64,000 bases of DNA from Octopus sinensis (Eukaryota): contig NC_043001.1 of NCBI RefSeq assembly GCF_006345805.1, positions 40,610,001 through 40,674,000 of the forward strand, written 5' to 3'. Shown here piece after piece: positions 42,467 to 55,190 of this stretch. The stretch's first letter is position 1, and every line of letters starts with the position of its first letter. The translations under genes were made by a program, and so were the position numbers. The notes below the pieces were generated by a model. That model was not told the origin of the DNA. It saw only the letters and a program-made list of their open reading frames with translations, and made no database searches.

Positions 42467-42611
42467 CATATGATATATTATATATATATATATATATATG
42501 TATATACACATATGATGATATATATATATGTTAGATATGTTTTATATATATATGTTATATATATATATATACACACACAGATATCTATCTATATATATAA
42601 ATGTACGCACA

Positions 42612-42938
42612 CAGTGGTGGACTGGGTCTAAAAATATTGATTGCCCAAGGGAGCCCACACGCAAATAAAAGGCAGCCCACTTGCAACAACAAGGGGGCCC
42701 ACCCACAACTACAAAGCTATCATTTAATTTTTTTTCTGTCAAAAGTATTCCTTTCAACCGTCTACAAACACAGCCAGGCTGAAATAATTAATGCATTCTT
42801 CCAGGAGTGAATAAAAAATTCTCAGACTTGAGGGGAGTGGCCCCTTAGATACTAACATGGGTCTCCATATATGGATTCTAATGGCGTAGGGACCCACTTG
42901 CCATCAGGCAAGCTGGTAACCTGGCCAGTCCGCTACTG
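42612..42938. mobile_element. MITE with 14-15 bp terminal inverted repeats
   Basis: CAGTGGTGGACTGG ... CCAGTCCGCTACTG. Superfamily not assigned. Confidence 0.7.
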
Positions 42939-43347
42939 TATACACATATAGAATGAGTTAAGGAGCACAACATGTAATCAGTATTTAGCATTCTACTTCT
43001 TTTTCTATGTCCTTAAAGAGAAACCCATGGAAAGAGTTCATGGTATTTAATCAAATTTTCTAGCTAGTGGTCTCCATAGTTATAATGATCAACGTACATA
43101 TAGAAGAAATAACACTGGAGTACCCATCTTTTTTTCTTTATCTTTTTTTCTTTATCTTTTTTTTCTTCCTTTCTTTCTCTGTTTTACATATATATAATGG
43201 GAAAAACAAAACACTTGAATCCAGAAAATATGAAACTGTAATAATTACATTGGCCTAAGCTCATGTAATTCAGTTTTGCAATCTTCACTGAAACACATGT
43301 AATGATGCTATAAGTGAATTATTTCAGAAAATATTTTCCAGTCTTGT

Positions 43348-43401
<54 letters not shown>

Positions 43402-44150
43402 ATACTTACACACACACACACACATTTATATATACATGTTTGTGTGTATATATACATTCTCATTGCCTTGTGAATGCCTTGAGAAAGGAAAAGGCTTGGA
43501 GAGTTAACCTTAACTGCAAATCAAGGATCGGAATCCTTCAGCCTCTTTGAAACCCTTCTGGCAACTCCAGGGTAGGTGGAGCTCCCCAGCCCTGTAAGGC
43601 AATTTACCAAGAAGGCTACTCCAATGTAAATTCCACAGCTTGCTGAGCCAGCAAAGCCATTGTAGTCAGATCTCTAACTTTAAAAATTGTATGGACTGAC
43701 CCTCACTTTAAAACTACTGAGGATCAGTTTACATAACCACTTCAGGGCATGCTGCTCTCTCATGATCTTCAGACACAAAGAAATTACCATCATGTTGCAT
43801 GCGTGAGTACACACACTATATAGGTCAGACAAAGTTTGTTAAGGCAGTTTTTTCTGCTTTTCCTGTTAACAGACTTATCAATTAACACAAAAGCCACCAC
43901 ACTCAATACTGCACCTCTATACTGTCAATGGGTTTTGTCTTGTGAGTTACTTATCATCTTTACTACTATGAAAAATGTACCCAATATGGTCTTTAAAATG
44001 GTTGGCATTAAGAAGAGCATCCAGCCACAGAAACCTTGCCAAAACAGACACTGGAGACCAGTGCAGCCCTCAGGATAGCTGGATCCTATCAAACCATCCA
44101 ACCCATGGGTGTATGGAATATAGGATGTAAAATGATGCTGATGCTGGTGA

Positions 44151-44236
<86 letters not shown>

Positions 44237-44824
44237 TATATAATATATATATACACACACATATATACCTCCTCATTTAACATCCACCTTTTCAAGCTAG
44301 TAGGGTTGTATGGTGTTTATTGAGGCAGATTTTTTTATGGTTAGATGCTCTTCCTGTGATAAGCAGTCTCACCTATTTCCATGGAAAGACATGTTTCTGC
44401 AGGACATTTGTAATTAATGACATTGCTTGTGTTACATTCACAATTATCTCATGATGTCAAAATAAAGAAATGCACTCACACACACACACACACTCTCTCT
44501 CTAACACAATTACATATATTGATAAAGTTAAAAGTTTCTCTACAAGTCATATTATATAGCAAGAGAAAAGATGAAAATGCACAATGAAGTAAAAGCAATT
44601 GTCATAAACTTTTTTAGAAAAATTAAGACAAATAACAAATGTATTTCATTTAGATATATGAAATAATTTTTGCATTACATTCCAATCAGTTTTTACTCTA
44701 AGAGTTCTTCAAAGGAAAATGATAAAGTAGATTCTTAACCAATTTTATCCACGGAAGACTGACATGTCTATTAATTTATCTAAATGATTATGACAATTGC
44801 TTTAACTTTCATTCATCGTTTGTT

Positions 44825-44859
<35 letters not shown>

Positions 44860-45030
44860 ATGTGATGAGCTTCTATGAAACCAATTCACAAGGCTTTGAT
44901 CAGTCTGGAACTATAGTAGAAGACACTTGCTCTGGATGCAAACAATGGAACTGAACCTTAAGCCATGTGCTTGGGGAGGAAACTTCTTAACCACACAACC
45001 CCACCTGTACCCATATATATATATATATAT

Positions 45031-45339
45031 GAAGGTGTGTGCCTTAGTGGTTAGGGTATTCAACTCACGATTATAAGGTCATGAGTTCAATTCCCGGCAA
45101 TACGTTGAGCAAGACACTTTATTTCACGTTGCTCCAGTCTACTCAGCTGGCAAAAATGATTAGTACTCGTATTTCAAAGGGCCAGCCTTGTCACGCTCTG
45201 CGTCATGCTGAATCTCCCTGAGAACTACATTTAGAGTACACATGTCTGTGGAGTGCTCAGCCACTTGCACGTTAATTTCATGAGCAAGCAGGGATCGTAT
45301 CAGCTGGGATCCTCATTGTAGTAACCAATTGTGTGCTCC
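45031..45339 (+). mobile_element. tRNA-derived SINE, family B
   Basis: A/B boxes are present and the body is shared with 40324-40645. Confidence 0.8.
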
Positions 45340-45366
45340 TAATATATATATATATATATATATACA

Positions 45367-45601
45367 CAGGGGAGTGCGAAAGTAGGTATACAGTAAGTAT
45401 CACACATAATAATTCATTAAAATTATTAGCACATTATATTAACCTCATTTTTGATATTTTCAGTGTCATTAATCATAATAATACATTTATCATAACTATA
45501 ATAATACTTTTACCATAACTTTTAATTTTTTGATAAAAATATATGAGTATTATACATGTTTTCTTTTCTCATAACTGTATACCTACTTGTGCACCACCTT
45601 G
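45367..45601. mobile_element. Tc1/mariner-type MITE
   Basis: About 28-bp TIRs (caggggagtgcgaaagtaggtatacagt / actgtatacctacttgtgcaccaccttg) in a TA context. Confidence 0.7.
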
Positions 45602-45641
45602 TATATATATACCAAGTATGATACATAGACAGCTATATATA

Positions 45642-45677
<36 letters not shown>

Positions 45678-45773
45678 TAATCCAAACAAGAAAGCACAAA
45701 AAAACACAACAATGCGAGGACGTGGAACAAATATAGTATTATTGGACGCTCAGGAAAGAAGGAAAGAAGGAGG

Positions 45774-45808
45774 GTTTAACGTTTTGAGCGGAGCTCTTCG
45801 TCGGAAAC
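45774..45808 (-). ncRNA. Minimal type I hammerhead motif with two core substitutions, inside a CpG-rich ~200-bp repeat (about 45694-45895)
   Basis: Minus strand GTTT-CcGACGA-A-GAGC-TCC-GCTC-aAAA-C-GT-T-AAAC. Helices I and II are intact, but U4>C and G12>A. Confidence 0.6.
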
Positions 45809-46332
45809 ATAGGAGAAGGAAAGATCTAGAGAAGGGAAGTCAGAGGAAAAAAAATCGCCAACGGTACACACGAGGTCACATTTTGAAAGACCGGAAATAT
45901 ATATATATATATATAGCTGTCTATGTATCATACTTGATTGTATTTAAGCATAAACATCATCAACAGCCAAGTTACTGTGTTTTTTGTTGTTTTTTTTTGT
46001 TTGAGATAAAAATCACATATGGTTGTACAGTGTTTAAAACATTATCAGAGCAAGATGAAAAATTTTCTTGATAGTGACTAGCGAGAATGCCAGATGTATT
46101 CTGGCTTTGCAAGGCCTTGTCAATGATGTGTATTCACAACCAGTCACATTCCTGGCTCCTATTGACAACACTAGTGAGTGTATTATGCACTGTGTCCTCT
46201 ATTGGAGGAGACAGATCTGTATGTGGTGCGCTGTGAGTACACATCTCTGACAAAGTGCATTAAATGTATTGGATGTTCTCACTAGCCACTTCCACCATAA
46301 TTTTTCATCTCCCTCTCATATATTGTTTTTAA

Positions 46333-46550
46333 CCCTTTAGCATTTTAATATGGCCATATCTGACCCAAATATTTTACCTAGTTTATGCTAAAACTGAGCA
46401 GATCCAACCTCTCATGCCTAATCTACAAAGTAATTCTAAAAATATACAAACAAACTATAAAAATCTCAAAGCCACAAGAAAATGCATGATTAATTAAAAA
46501 CAATGTGAATAGGCATTACATTGGATAATGAAATCCGAATGCTAAAGGAT
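46333..46550 (+). mobile_element. TTAA-flanked (piggyBac-type) MITE
   Basis: TTAA|CCCTTTAGCATT...AATGCTAAAGGAT|TTAA. A partial reverse copy lies at about 60590-60750. Confidence 0.75.
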
Positions 46551-46734
46551 TTAACATAGCATGTCCATAAGATAATGAACCCACATCAAGGCAGGTGACA
46601 CAAAGAAGAGCAGCTCCATCCAACTCGCTACTTCACCAAAAACAATACCGAATAACTACAGGTGGTGTACCAGCCCTGGGTTGAAACCAGTAAAAAATAA
46701 AGATATATATATATATACATACAGACATACCTAC

Positions 46735-46819
<85 letters not shown>

Positions 46820-46920
46820 CACAAACACATGTATAGATATATATATATATACATACATGCATATATATACATACAAATATAGATATATATACATACATAA
46901 AATACAGATATATACATACA

Positions 46921-48420
46921 TTATTATTATTATTATTATTATGGCTGCCCCCTCATTATCGAGTATGGCCATTGCACGAAGCTTAACTGTTACTGGTGCT
47001 GTGATCAAATGTGTCTTTTTAGCTCAGCTAAAGACCTACAATGTCTTGTACAGAATTGGCAACTAAAACCTTTACCGGTAATAGCCGGCTGTAGTTGTAA
47101 CTGGGCTTCATGTACCTTTGCATGTCGTTTAAGTCCTCCTGCCAAATTACACTCTCTTCCACATGCCTGACAGATAATGATTAGTATGGTGTCTAACACC
47201 ACCACCACCAGTGGCCAGGTTGTCACTCATCTGTCTCGCTTTATGACTACGAAGATGACTCTTTAGTCCAGCTTTACTGAGGCAGGATCTTGCACAGACA
47301 CTGCATGTCAGCATCATAGGAAGACCCTTCCCATCTGGAAGTGTAACAATGATGCCCTTCCTGACATCCCTCCTTACTTTCTCATGTGCAACTCGAGATT
47401 TCTCAAAAGCGGCTGTCCCCTCATCCTTCTCCACCTGCTACGATCAATAGCTATGCCTTCCCATCTGTCAGGAGAGATGCAAGCATCTCTTAAGGAAGCC
47501 TTCAGCAAGTCCTTATACCTCTTTTTTGGTTTATGTGGAGGTTGTTCTCCTTTAGCTAACTCTCCATAAAAGAGTTGTTTTGGCTTCCTTGAATCATTCA
47601 TTCTGACCAGATTACCACTCCATCTGAGCCTTTGCTTTAACACAAGAGCTTCTATACTTTCACACTGAGAGCCTTCCAATATTTCAAGATCACTGATGCG
47701 GTCCTTCTACTTAATGCCATAGATCCGTCTCAGACACATCTGATGGAAATGTTCCAGTTGTTTAAGGTGGTATCGATATGTGACCCACGTCTCGCAGGCA
47801 TAGAGAAGAGAAGGGAGCACACATGCCTTGTATACCTTTATCTTTGTCTTTCTACATATGTCTCGCCGACTCCAGAGGCGCTTTTCTAGCCTTCTGAAAG
47901 CAACACTTGCTTTCCTAATTCTATATGGAATTTCATCATCCAAATTGCTATATCTATTAATAGTGCTTCCCAGGTAGACAAACTGATCAAACTACATCAA
48001 GTCGTTTACCATACACATAGATATTTTGTACACTATACTGCTTACCAGGGGCAGGTTGAGCATGACAACAGTTTTCTTGAGATTGACTGTCAATCCTAAG
48101 GCAGTGCAAGCATCAGAGAATGCATTCAAAATGTGTTGGCATATCAATCTCTGAGTGTGCTACTAGCTCACAATCTACCTAAATACAGAGGTCTCTCTAC
48201 GATAGAGGTAAATACCTTTGTTTTTTGCAGCAAGGCGCCTGATATTAAATATGCTGGCAGAGGTTTGATAATGGATGTAACACACCGCATCTACAGTTTC
48301 TGAATGCAATACAGAAACCATTGCAAAATATAAAATAGGGTCAGTGCCAGAATATCCCCCCGTTTCACTCCATTTTGTATGAAATGGGCTTCCGACATTT
48401 TCCTCTAACATTCACCCTAC
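46921..48420 (-). mobile_element. 5'-truncated, decayed RTE (BovB-like) LINE
   Basis: Reads NGVKRGDILA.., DDEIPYRIRKASVAF..TKIKVYKACVLPSLLYACETW..FHQMCLRRI, QRLRWSGNLVRM..KQLFYGEL, followed by C2H2 motifs, a 3' stem-loop and a (TAA)n tail. Confidence 0.92.
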
Positions 48421-48430
48421 CATTCATAAA

Positions 48431-48956
48431 TCTATATATAAAAACTGAGAATGTGTGGTGTTGTGTGTGTGTGTGTCTTGTCTGTCTGTGGTTTCCATAA
48501 AACTTGAGAACTACACAATCAATTTCATTCAAATTTTACACATGCCTTACTTAGGGTTCATGTAGTTTCATGGGCAAAAAAAAATGTCAACGTCTTGCTT
48601 GGGCGAGCATAGCAATAATCATCTTCTCCCTATTTCAGTATTACGTGTTAAGAGTGAAACAAAACATTTCTCTATTTTATGTCAGATACTTTCACTTTAA
48701 CAATAAAAATTAGAGATAATAATAACAATTGAATTATATGTAGTAAGTAATAATTAAAATCAAACTAAAGTATAATATAGTCGTAACATAACAAAAGTAA
48801 AAATAGCATCAATGACTTGAATTTGAATAAGTGGTTTCACATGAATGGGAATAAATTAAAAATAAAATTAGTGTGCAGAAATGGAATAGTCCAGATGGAG
48901 CTGTGCACATACCATTTACCACAGCTTTTACATTAGATTATCTGCTAATTAGCTAG
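48431..48956 (+). mobile_element. Non-autonomous Helitron-like element (clear 5' end, uncertain 3' end)
   Basis: A|TCTATATATAAAA, GTCTGTCTGT and tcaaattttaca as at 5926. A CTAG at 48953-48956 is followed by C rather than T. Confidence 0.6.
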
Positions 48957-48974
48957 CATTAAGTGTCTATATGA

Positions 48975-49860
48975 AGTTTGGCTGTATGTAATGTCTGTTT
49001 TCTCGAACAGCCGTTTCTACTGAGTACTGCTGTTGGTTTATTTCTTATACATAAAGGACTATAGCTTCAACTGGGTACTGCTTTTTGATTCACCGTAAGG
49101 TTTATTATTATGTACTGATTATTACTGTTTAACTATTGTTATCACGTTTGTTGGTTCCTCGAAAGGGAAACGTTGTTGTGTTGCATTTGTTAAATAATTG
49201 TAAACTGTAACCCTCCCCCTTTGGGAGAAGGAGCTTTGGTTATTGTTTAAAAATTGAATTGTGTCCCTGTTTGGGGAAATTGATAATATTTTCACCGTTT
49301 ATACGGAAGCATTTTTGTTAGAATGCCTTTGATAGAAGAAAGTCCAAAAATGAATTTCGCTGCAGCTGTCGGCAGGCGCGAACTCATTAAAGTTAGAATG
49401 GAAGAAATACAAACCTATTTCGGATTGATCACCAACAAAGATGGTGAATCTAGGATAACACCACCAAATGAAATAAAAAATAAAATTAAAGAAAAGACTA
49501 TTGTCTATAAAGTATACGATGTAGAGAAAAAAAAATATTTGAGCACTTGGAGGAAAGCACCATCGGAAAGTGTCTTGGTTCGACTATGAAAGATATCAAA
49601 CCAGTGGCGGTAAATTTGTCACAATAGAAGCAAGGTTCGAGTCAACGGAGCATGCAAGGGAGTGCTCGACTTGAACCTTGCAAAGTGGAAATATTTTATT
49701 TTTACTTTTATATCTGGGATGTAGGACGTCCCAGATAAAAATTAAAAATGTCCCCCCAGAAGTACAGGTAGGGTGAATTGTAGCCACACTTCTATACAAG
49801 AGGGAGGACAAGATACAATTGACCAAAATTGCAAGAGACGGGCCTACAATTCCAGTCTGT
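48975..49860 (+). mobile_element. Probable LINE 5' UTR plus disrupted ORF1 (gag-like) fragment
   Basis: ORF 49323-49589 continues after a frameshift and stops as ..EARFESTEHARECS..LYLGCRTSQIKIKNVPPEV.., resembling an RRM-type ORF1 (I/VxNVPPE). Clade is uncertain. Confidence 0.5.
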
Positions 49861-49919
49861 TATATATTTTGAGTATTGTTATTACTAGCGATATCAAGAT
49901 ATAACTTTGTATTTTGTAT

Positions 49920-50494
49920 TTTATGTGTTGATGTATATATATAGATGTACACATATATATACACATATATACATGCACTAGCACTATGATCCGGCAACGA
50001 TGGGTCATAATGCTAGTACATATATAAACATATATATATTCATACATACATATATAGATATATACATACATACATACATATATATATATACATATATACA
50101 TATATTATATATATACATATATACATATATACACACATATATATATGTACATACATATACATACATACATATATATACATACATATACATACATACATAT
50201 ATATACATACACATATATACAGATATATACATACATATATATACAGATATACATACATATATATACAGATATACATACATATATAACAGATATACATACA
50301 TATATATACAGATATACATATATATATATATATAATAATATATATATATAATATAATATATATATATATATGTACATATATATTATATATATATTATTAC
50401 ATAGATTATATATATAATAGACATATATATATATCTATATATATGTACATATATAATATATATAATATATATAGTACATATATATATATATATA

Positions 50495-50534
<40 letters not shown>

Positions 50535-50947
50535 TACATACATATATACATATATATATACATATACACATATATACATACATATATATATACACATATA
50601 TACATACATATATACACATATATACATACATTATATTATACACATATATACATACATATATATATACACATATATACATACATATATATATATACATACA
50701 TATATACATACATATATACACATATTACATACATATATACATATATATACATATTATACTACATATATACATATATATACATATATACATCATATATACA
50801 TATCATATATACATACATATATATATACATATATACTACATTATATATATAGATAATATATATATACATACATATATATATATATACATACATATTACAT
50901 ACATACATATATATATAAATATACATATATACATACATATATACATA

Positions 50948-50988
<41 letters not shown>

Positions 50989-51520
50989 ACAAGGTCTCTC
51001 TCAAAGACTTCTCCATCGGAACAGAGACCTGGGAGACACTTGCTGCCAACCGCTCATCCTGGCGCAGCGCAATCACCATGGGAGCAGGGACAGCCGAGGA
51101 GGGACGGATTCGGTCAGCGGAGCAGAAACGTCAGATGCGTAAAGTCAGAGCCGCCTGCACCAGTAGCACTGCCCCTACCCACTTCTGCCCCACCTGTGGG
51201 AGGGGCTTCCTTGCCCGGATTGGCCTCACCAGCCACCTCCGGTCTCATGGCGGCAGTTCCATCAGATGATGTCAGTTGGTCATCTTCGAACCGAAGGACG
51301 AACATTATTATTATTATATATACATATATATATACATACATATATATATACATATATACATACATACATGCGCATATATATATATATACACATATATATA
51401 TACATACATATATATTATACATATATACATACATGCGCATATATATATATAATATATATATATAATATATATTATATAATATATGCATAAAGGAAAAATA
51501 AACATATTGACAATCCAATA
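49920..51520. repeat. Compound (AT)n/(ATAC)n microsatellite field
   Basis: Seen directly; interrupted by the RTE fragment. Source of the Y/I/M/C/V/H/T ORFs. Similar fields occur at 39870-40320, 42300-42600 and 59340-62100. Confidence 0.95.
50991..51316 (+). mobile_element. Young RTE LINE 3' end (5'-truncated)
   Basis: Uninterrupted frame [51 protein letters not shown], followed by 3' UTR gtcatcttcgaaccgaaggacgaac and an (ATT)n tail. Confidence 0.92.
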
Positions 51521-51760
51521 ATTTATTATATTACAAATATTACATTAACACTATGAATATGATATAACATAATATTATATAACAGTGAATTGGATGTTTA
51601 ACACACCCATTTGAAGGATTTCTTTTCCTTAGTTTGTTATACATATATATATATATACATATACACACACACATACATATATACATGCATACATATACAT
51701 ATATATTTATATATACATACATTATAATAGAATAATTACTGTGAAGCATTGTGTAGAATA

Positions 51761-51943
51761 TATTGTATAAAATATCATGGGTAAGGCCAAAACAATGCAA
51801 AGTAAATCACAAGTATGTGTAATAACCCTGAAATATTGAATACAAGGTAAGTCTACATTAATTCACATATTTGTTTTCTTGTGATTTATTTTTTGCAATT
51901 ACTTCGCATTGTTTTGGCCTTACCCATGATCTTTTATACAATA
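51761..51943. repeat. Element with ~44-bp inverted terminal arms
   Basis: ttgtataaaatatcatgggtaaggccaaaacaatgcaaagta versus tacttcgcattgttttggccttacccatgatcttttatacaa. Confidence 0.8.
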
Positions 51944-51963
51944 TACATACATATATATTTTTG

Positions 51964-52006
<43 letters not shown>

Positions 52007-52007
52007 C

Positions 52008-52107
52008 NNNNNNNNNNNNNNNNNNNNNNNNNNNNNNNNNNNNNNNNNNNNNNNNNNNNNNNNNNNNNNNNNNNNNNNNNNNNNNNNNNNNNNNNNNNNN
52101 NNNNNNN
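52008..52107. other. Assembly gap (100 N)
   Basis: Run of exactly 100 N; true size unknown. Confidence 0.99.
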
Positions 52108-53179
52108 TTCTATATAGAAACTGATATAATTTCTCTATAGAAATCAATATAGAAATCTCCATAGGTTTCTACTACTTGCACATGAACCACAGTAGAAACT
52201 GAAAAGACTATAGAGATGCTCAAAATTATGAAATGAAAATCTAAATAAAGTTTTTTTTTTTCAAAATTCTTTCATGGTGTATTTATGTAAAGGGAGATAA
52301 ATTCATAGTTTAATTATTTCATTTTTATATTTCTGCCTGTCTTTCTGTCTGCCTTGTCTCTCATATTTTTTCTCTCTGTGTTACTGATTGCTGCTGCTGC
52401 TTCAGGATTGCATGAGTCTGCCAAAAGTATCAAACTGCCTATTGCAAAACAGTCATATGAAAATATCTGCGCTCAGTTGTTTGTCCCATTCCAAGATATA
52501 TAAATATTATCACTTCATCATTTAATGTCCACTTTTCCATGCTTGCAAAGTCAGACTTTGCTGAGCCTGATTTTCTACAGCCAGATGCCTTTCCTATTGC
52601 TAACCCTCACTTGTTTTCAGGCAACATAATAGTTTCCAACAGAAGACAGGAAACAAAGAACATTGCTTAAATGATAGTGTCCTATTTACAATCATCACAT
52701 GATGTCAAGACAAAAGTACACAAACACAAACATTTGTGTGTGTGTGTAAATAATACAGTAAATGAATTGATTACATCGCAATCATTAACATTTAGTATAA
52801 ACTTGTTGGGTATCACTAGCAGTATATTGGATATATGTTATCCCATGGAGGGTTGCATTTACAACCCCTATCTCAATTTGTATATATATATATTATATTA
52901 TATATATATATATATTATATATTATATATATACACACACACACATGTGATGAGGATTCTTTCAGTTTCTGTCTATCAAATCTGCTCATAAGGTTTTCATT
53001 GTCCTGGGGCTATAGTAGAAGACACTTACCCAAGATGCCATACACTGGTACTGAACTCAAGTCTACATGGTTGGGAAGCAAACTTTTTCATCACACAACC
53101 ACACCTGTACCTATCACAGCCATACCTGTGCCAATCCCAGCCACGTCCATACCTATTTGGAGCAAACAACCACACATTT

Positions 53180-54140
53180 GATAGGCTTACATACATTAAA
53201 TTCTCTTGGACCAAAAGTCATAATAGAAAGCAACCTGAATATAGTTGATTTCCTTGAAGTGACCGTAAGCTTAGATACTAGTCCTTATAAACTCTTCAAG
53301 AAACCAAATGAGAAGCTAGCACTTATTAATATAGCTTTTGCCATCCAGCCATAATGTTCAGGAACCTAGTTAAGGGGGTCAGTAGAAGAATCTTCAACCT
53401 GTCTTCAAGTAAAGAAATTATCAACACCATTACCCCATGCTACAATGAGGTCCAAGCCACTAATGATTTATTTTAAAGATAACATCTGTTACATGCCAAA
53501 TCCTAACACCACCAAGAGAAAATACCAGTGGAAAGTTTTGTGACTGACACCCCATTTCTTGAATGTAAAAACTTGTATAGGTAGGATCTTTCTTAATTAA
53601 ATTCACATAGACACAGAAAAGTATTTAATAGACATACCTTGAGAGTTTCATTTAGCTGTGCAACAATTTTAATAAGAAGGCTCACACCTGAAACAGAAGT
53701 GGGGTACTCATGCAGAAGCAACACCACATGTCCACTAAGCAATTAATGCAACAAACATACTATTGTATATGAAGCAGAGGCAATATCAAAGGATCCAACT
53801 GGACAGATAGATATGCAGAAATATGTGGATGTGATAGAGGTTACTTTATGACCAGGTTTAACAACCACAATTCCTCTTTTTATATCCAGGAGAGCTGAAA
53901 TATCATAACCCAGCAAAGCACATGTAATTGTTGAAAGTACCATGGATTACAGCATCAAGTAGAGAGTACTGGAGAGGTGCAAATCATACTTCAATAGCAG
54001 TAGAAGGTGCAAGTTCTGCTTGGTAGAGAAAAGAATTATACTAAAGAACTCTTTTCAGCTGGACACCTACTTACACAGTAAAAACGAGATTTCCTTATCA
54101 TGCCCTCATGAACACAGATATATTTTTGAATACTGGTGGA
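53180..54140 (+). mobile_element. Degenerate Penelope-like element (RT thumb plus GIY-YIG)
   Basis: Reads IESNLNIVDFLEVTV..YKLFKKPNEK, VSRRIFNLSSS, KVFNRHTLRVSFSC, CRSNTTCPL..IVYEA, TRFNNHNSSF, RRCKFCLVEK..SKNEISLSCPH in PLE order, with many stops and frameshifts. Confidence 0.9.
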
Positions 54141-54856
54141 CTACACCATGAATATGACAGAGTTTCCACCATTGGTATTTCTCCTCACCACAATTTGAGA
54201 GTTTGACATAAGGTTTGCCATACTCAATTTATTATATGCACAAATATGCCCACACATGATTTTAAGGCTGGCCTTCCACCATCCCCACTTCCCTTTGTCT
54301 TCATTTGAATTCCACTCTACAGGCATTTACCTTATACACTATGATGACATTTTATCAAATGAGTAAAAGTTTCTTGGTGTCTTTTCAGCACAAATTTTCA
54401 TACCTGCTTTTTACAACACTCACAAATTGGATATGACACTTTCTGACCTCCAGTGGTATAGAGCTCAAGGCATGCTTTTTCCACCAGTCCTAATGTGTAG
54501 AGAACTGGCCATCCCAAACTCTCATGTCAAAACTGATTAAAATTGGCTATGAAAATGTACCCATTCTATTGTTTGACAAATATATGAGTGCCTGTTTTTT
54601 TCTGACTCATAGACAACTCTCTCTCTCTCTCTCTCAACACATCTCTATACACACACACAGCATGTATATGTATATATATATATATGTCATGTGTTTTGTA
54701 TCCATTTTTCCATGCTGGTATGGTTTAAATGAATATATTATTGAAGCATTGTTTTTCATGTTCCTTCTGTCACTAATCCTTACTGGGTTTTTCTAGTAAG
54801 GGTTCCCTTACATTATTTACATTTGACAGATATTTGTCCTCTTCTTGTTTGTTGTT

Positions 54857-54902
54857 AACACAATGTTTCAGCTGATATGCCCTCCAGCCTTCATCAGGTG
54901 TC
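54857..54902 (-). ncRNA. PLE-type minimal hammerhead motif (left arm)
   Basis: GACAC-CTGATGA-A-GGCTG..CAGCT-GAAA-C-aTT-GTGTT; position 16.2 is A instead of G. Confidence 0.65.
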
Positions 54903-54950
54903 TTGGGGGAAACTTCGAACCTGGATTCTCATTCCCAAGGTATTTTTCAA

Positions 54951-54990
<40 letters not shown>

Positions 54991-55144
54991 CTCATTGCCT
55001 GGAATCAAACTCGGAATCTTGGGGTTAGTAGCCCGTGCTCTTAACCACTACGCCATATGCCCATGGGCATATCATAATAATAATAATAATAATAACATCG
55101 AAAAATACCGTAGGAATGAGAACCCAAGTTCGAAATTTCCCCAA

Positions 55145-55190
55145 GACACCTGATGAAGGCTGCAGGGCATATCAGCTGAAACATTGTGTT
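55145..55190 (+). ncRNA. PLE-type minimal hammerhead motif (right arm)
   Basis: GACAC(55145-49) CTGATGA(55150-56) A GGCTG..CAGCT GAAA(55178-81) C aTT GTGTT(55186-90). Confidence 0.65.

Noticed and set aside
54320-54350. tatgatga-cattt..aaatg after the PLE remnant as the pLTR hammerhead
   Set aside because: C3 and GAAA are missing; too degenerate to support.
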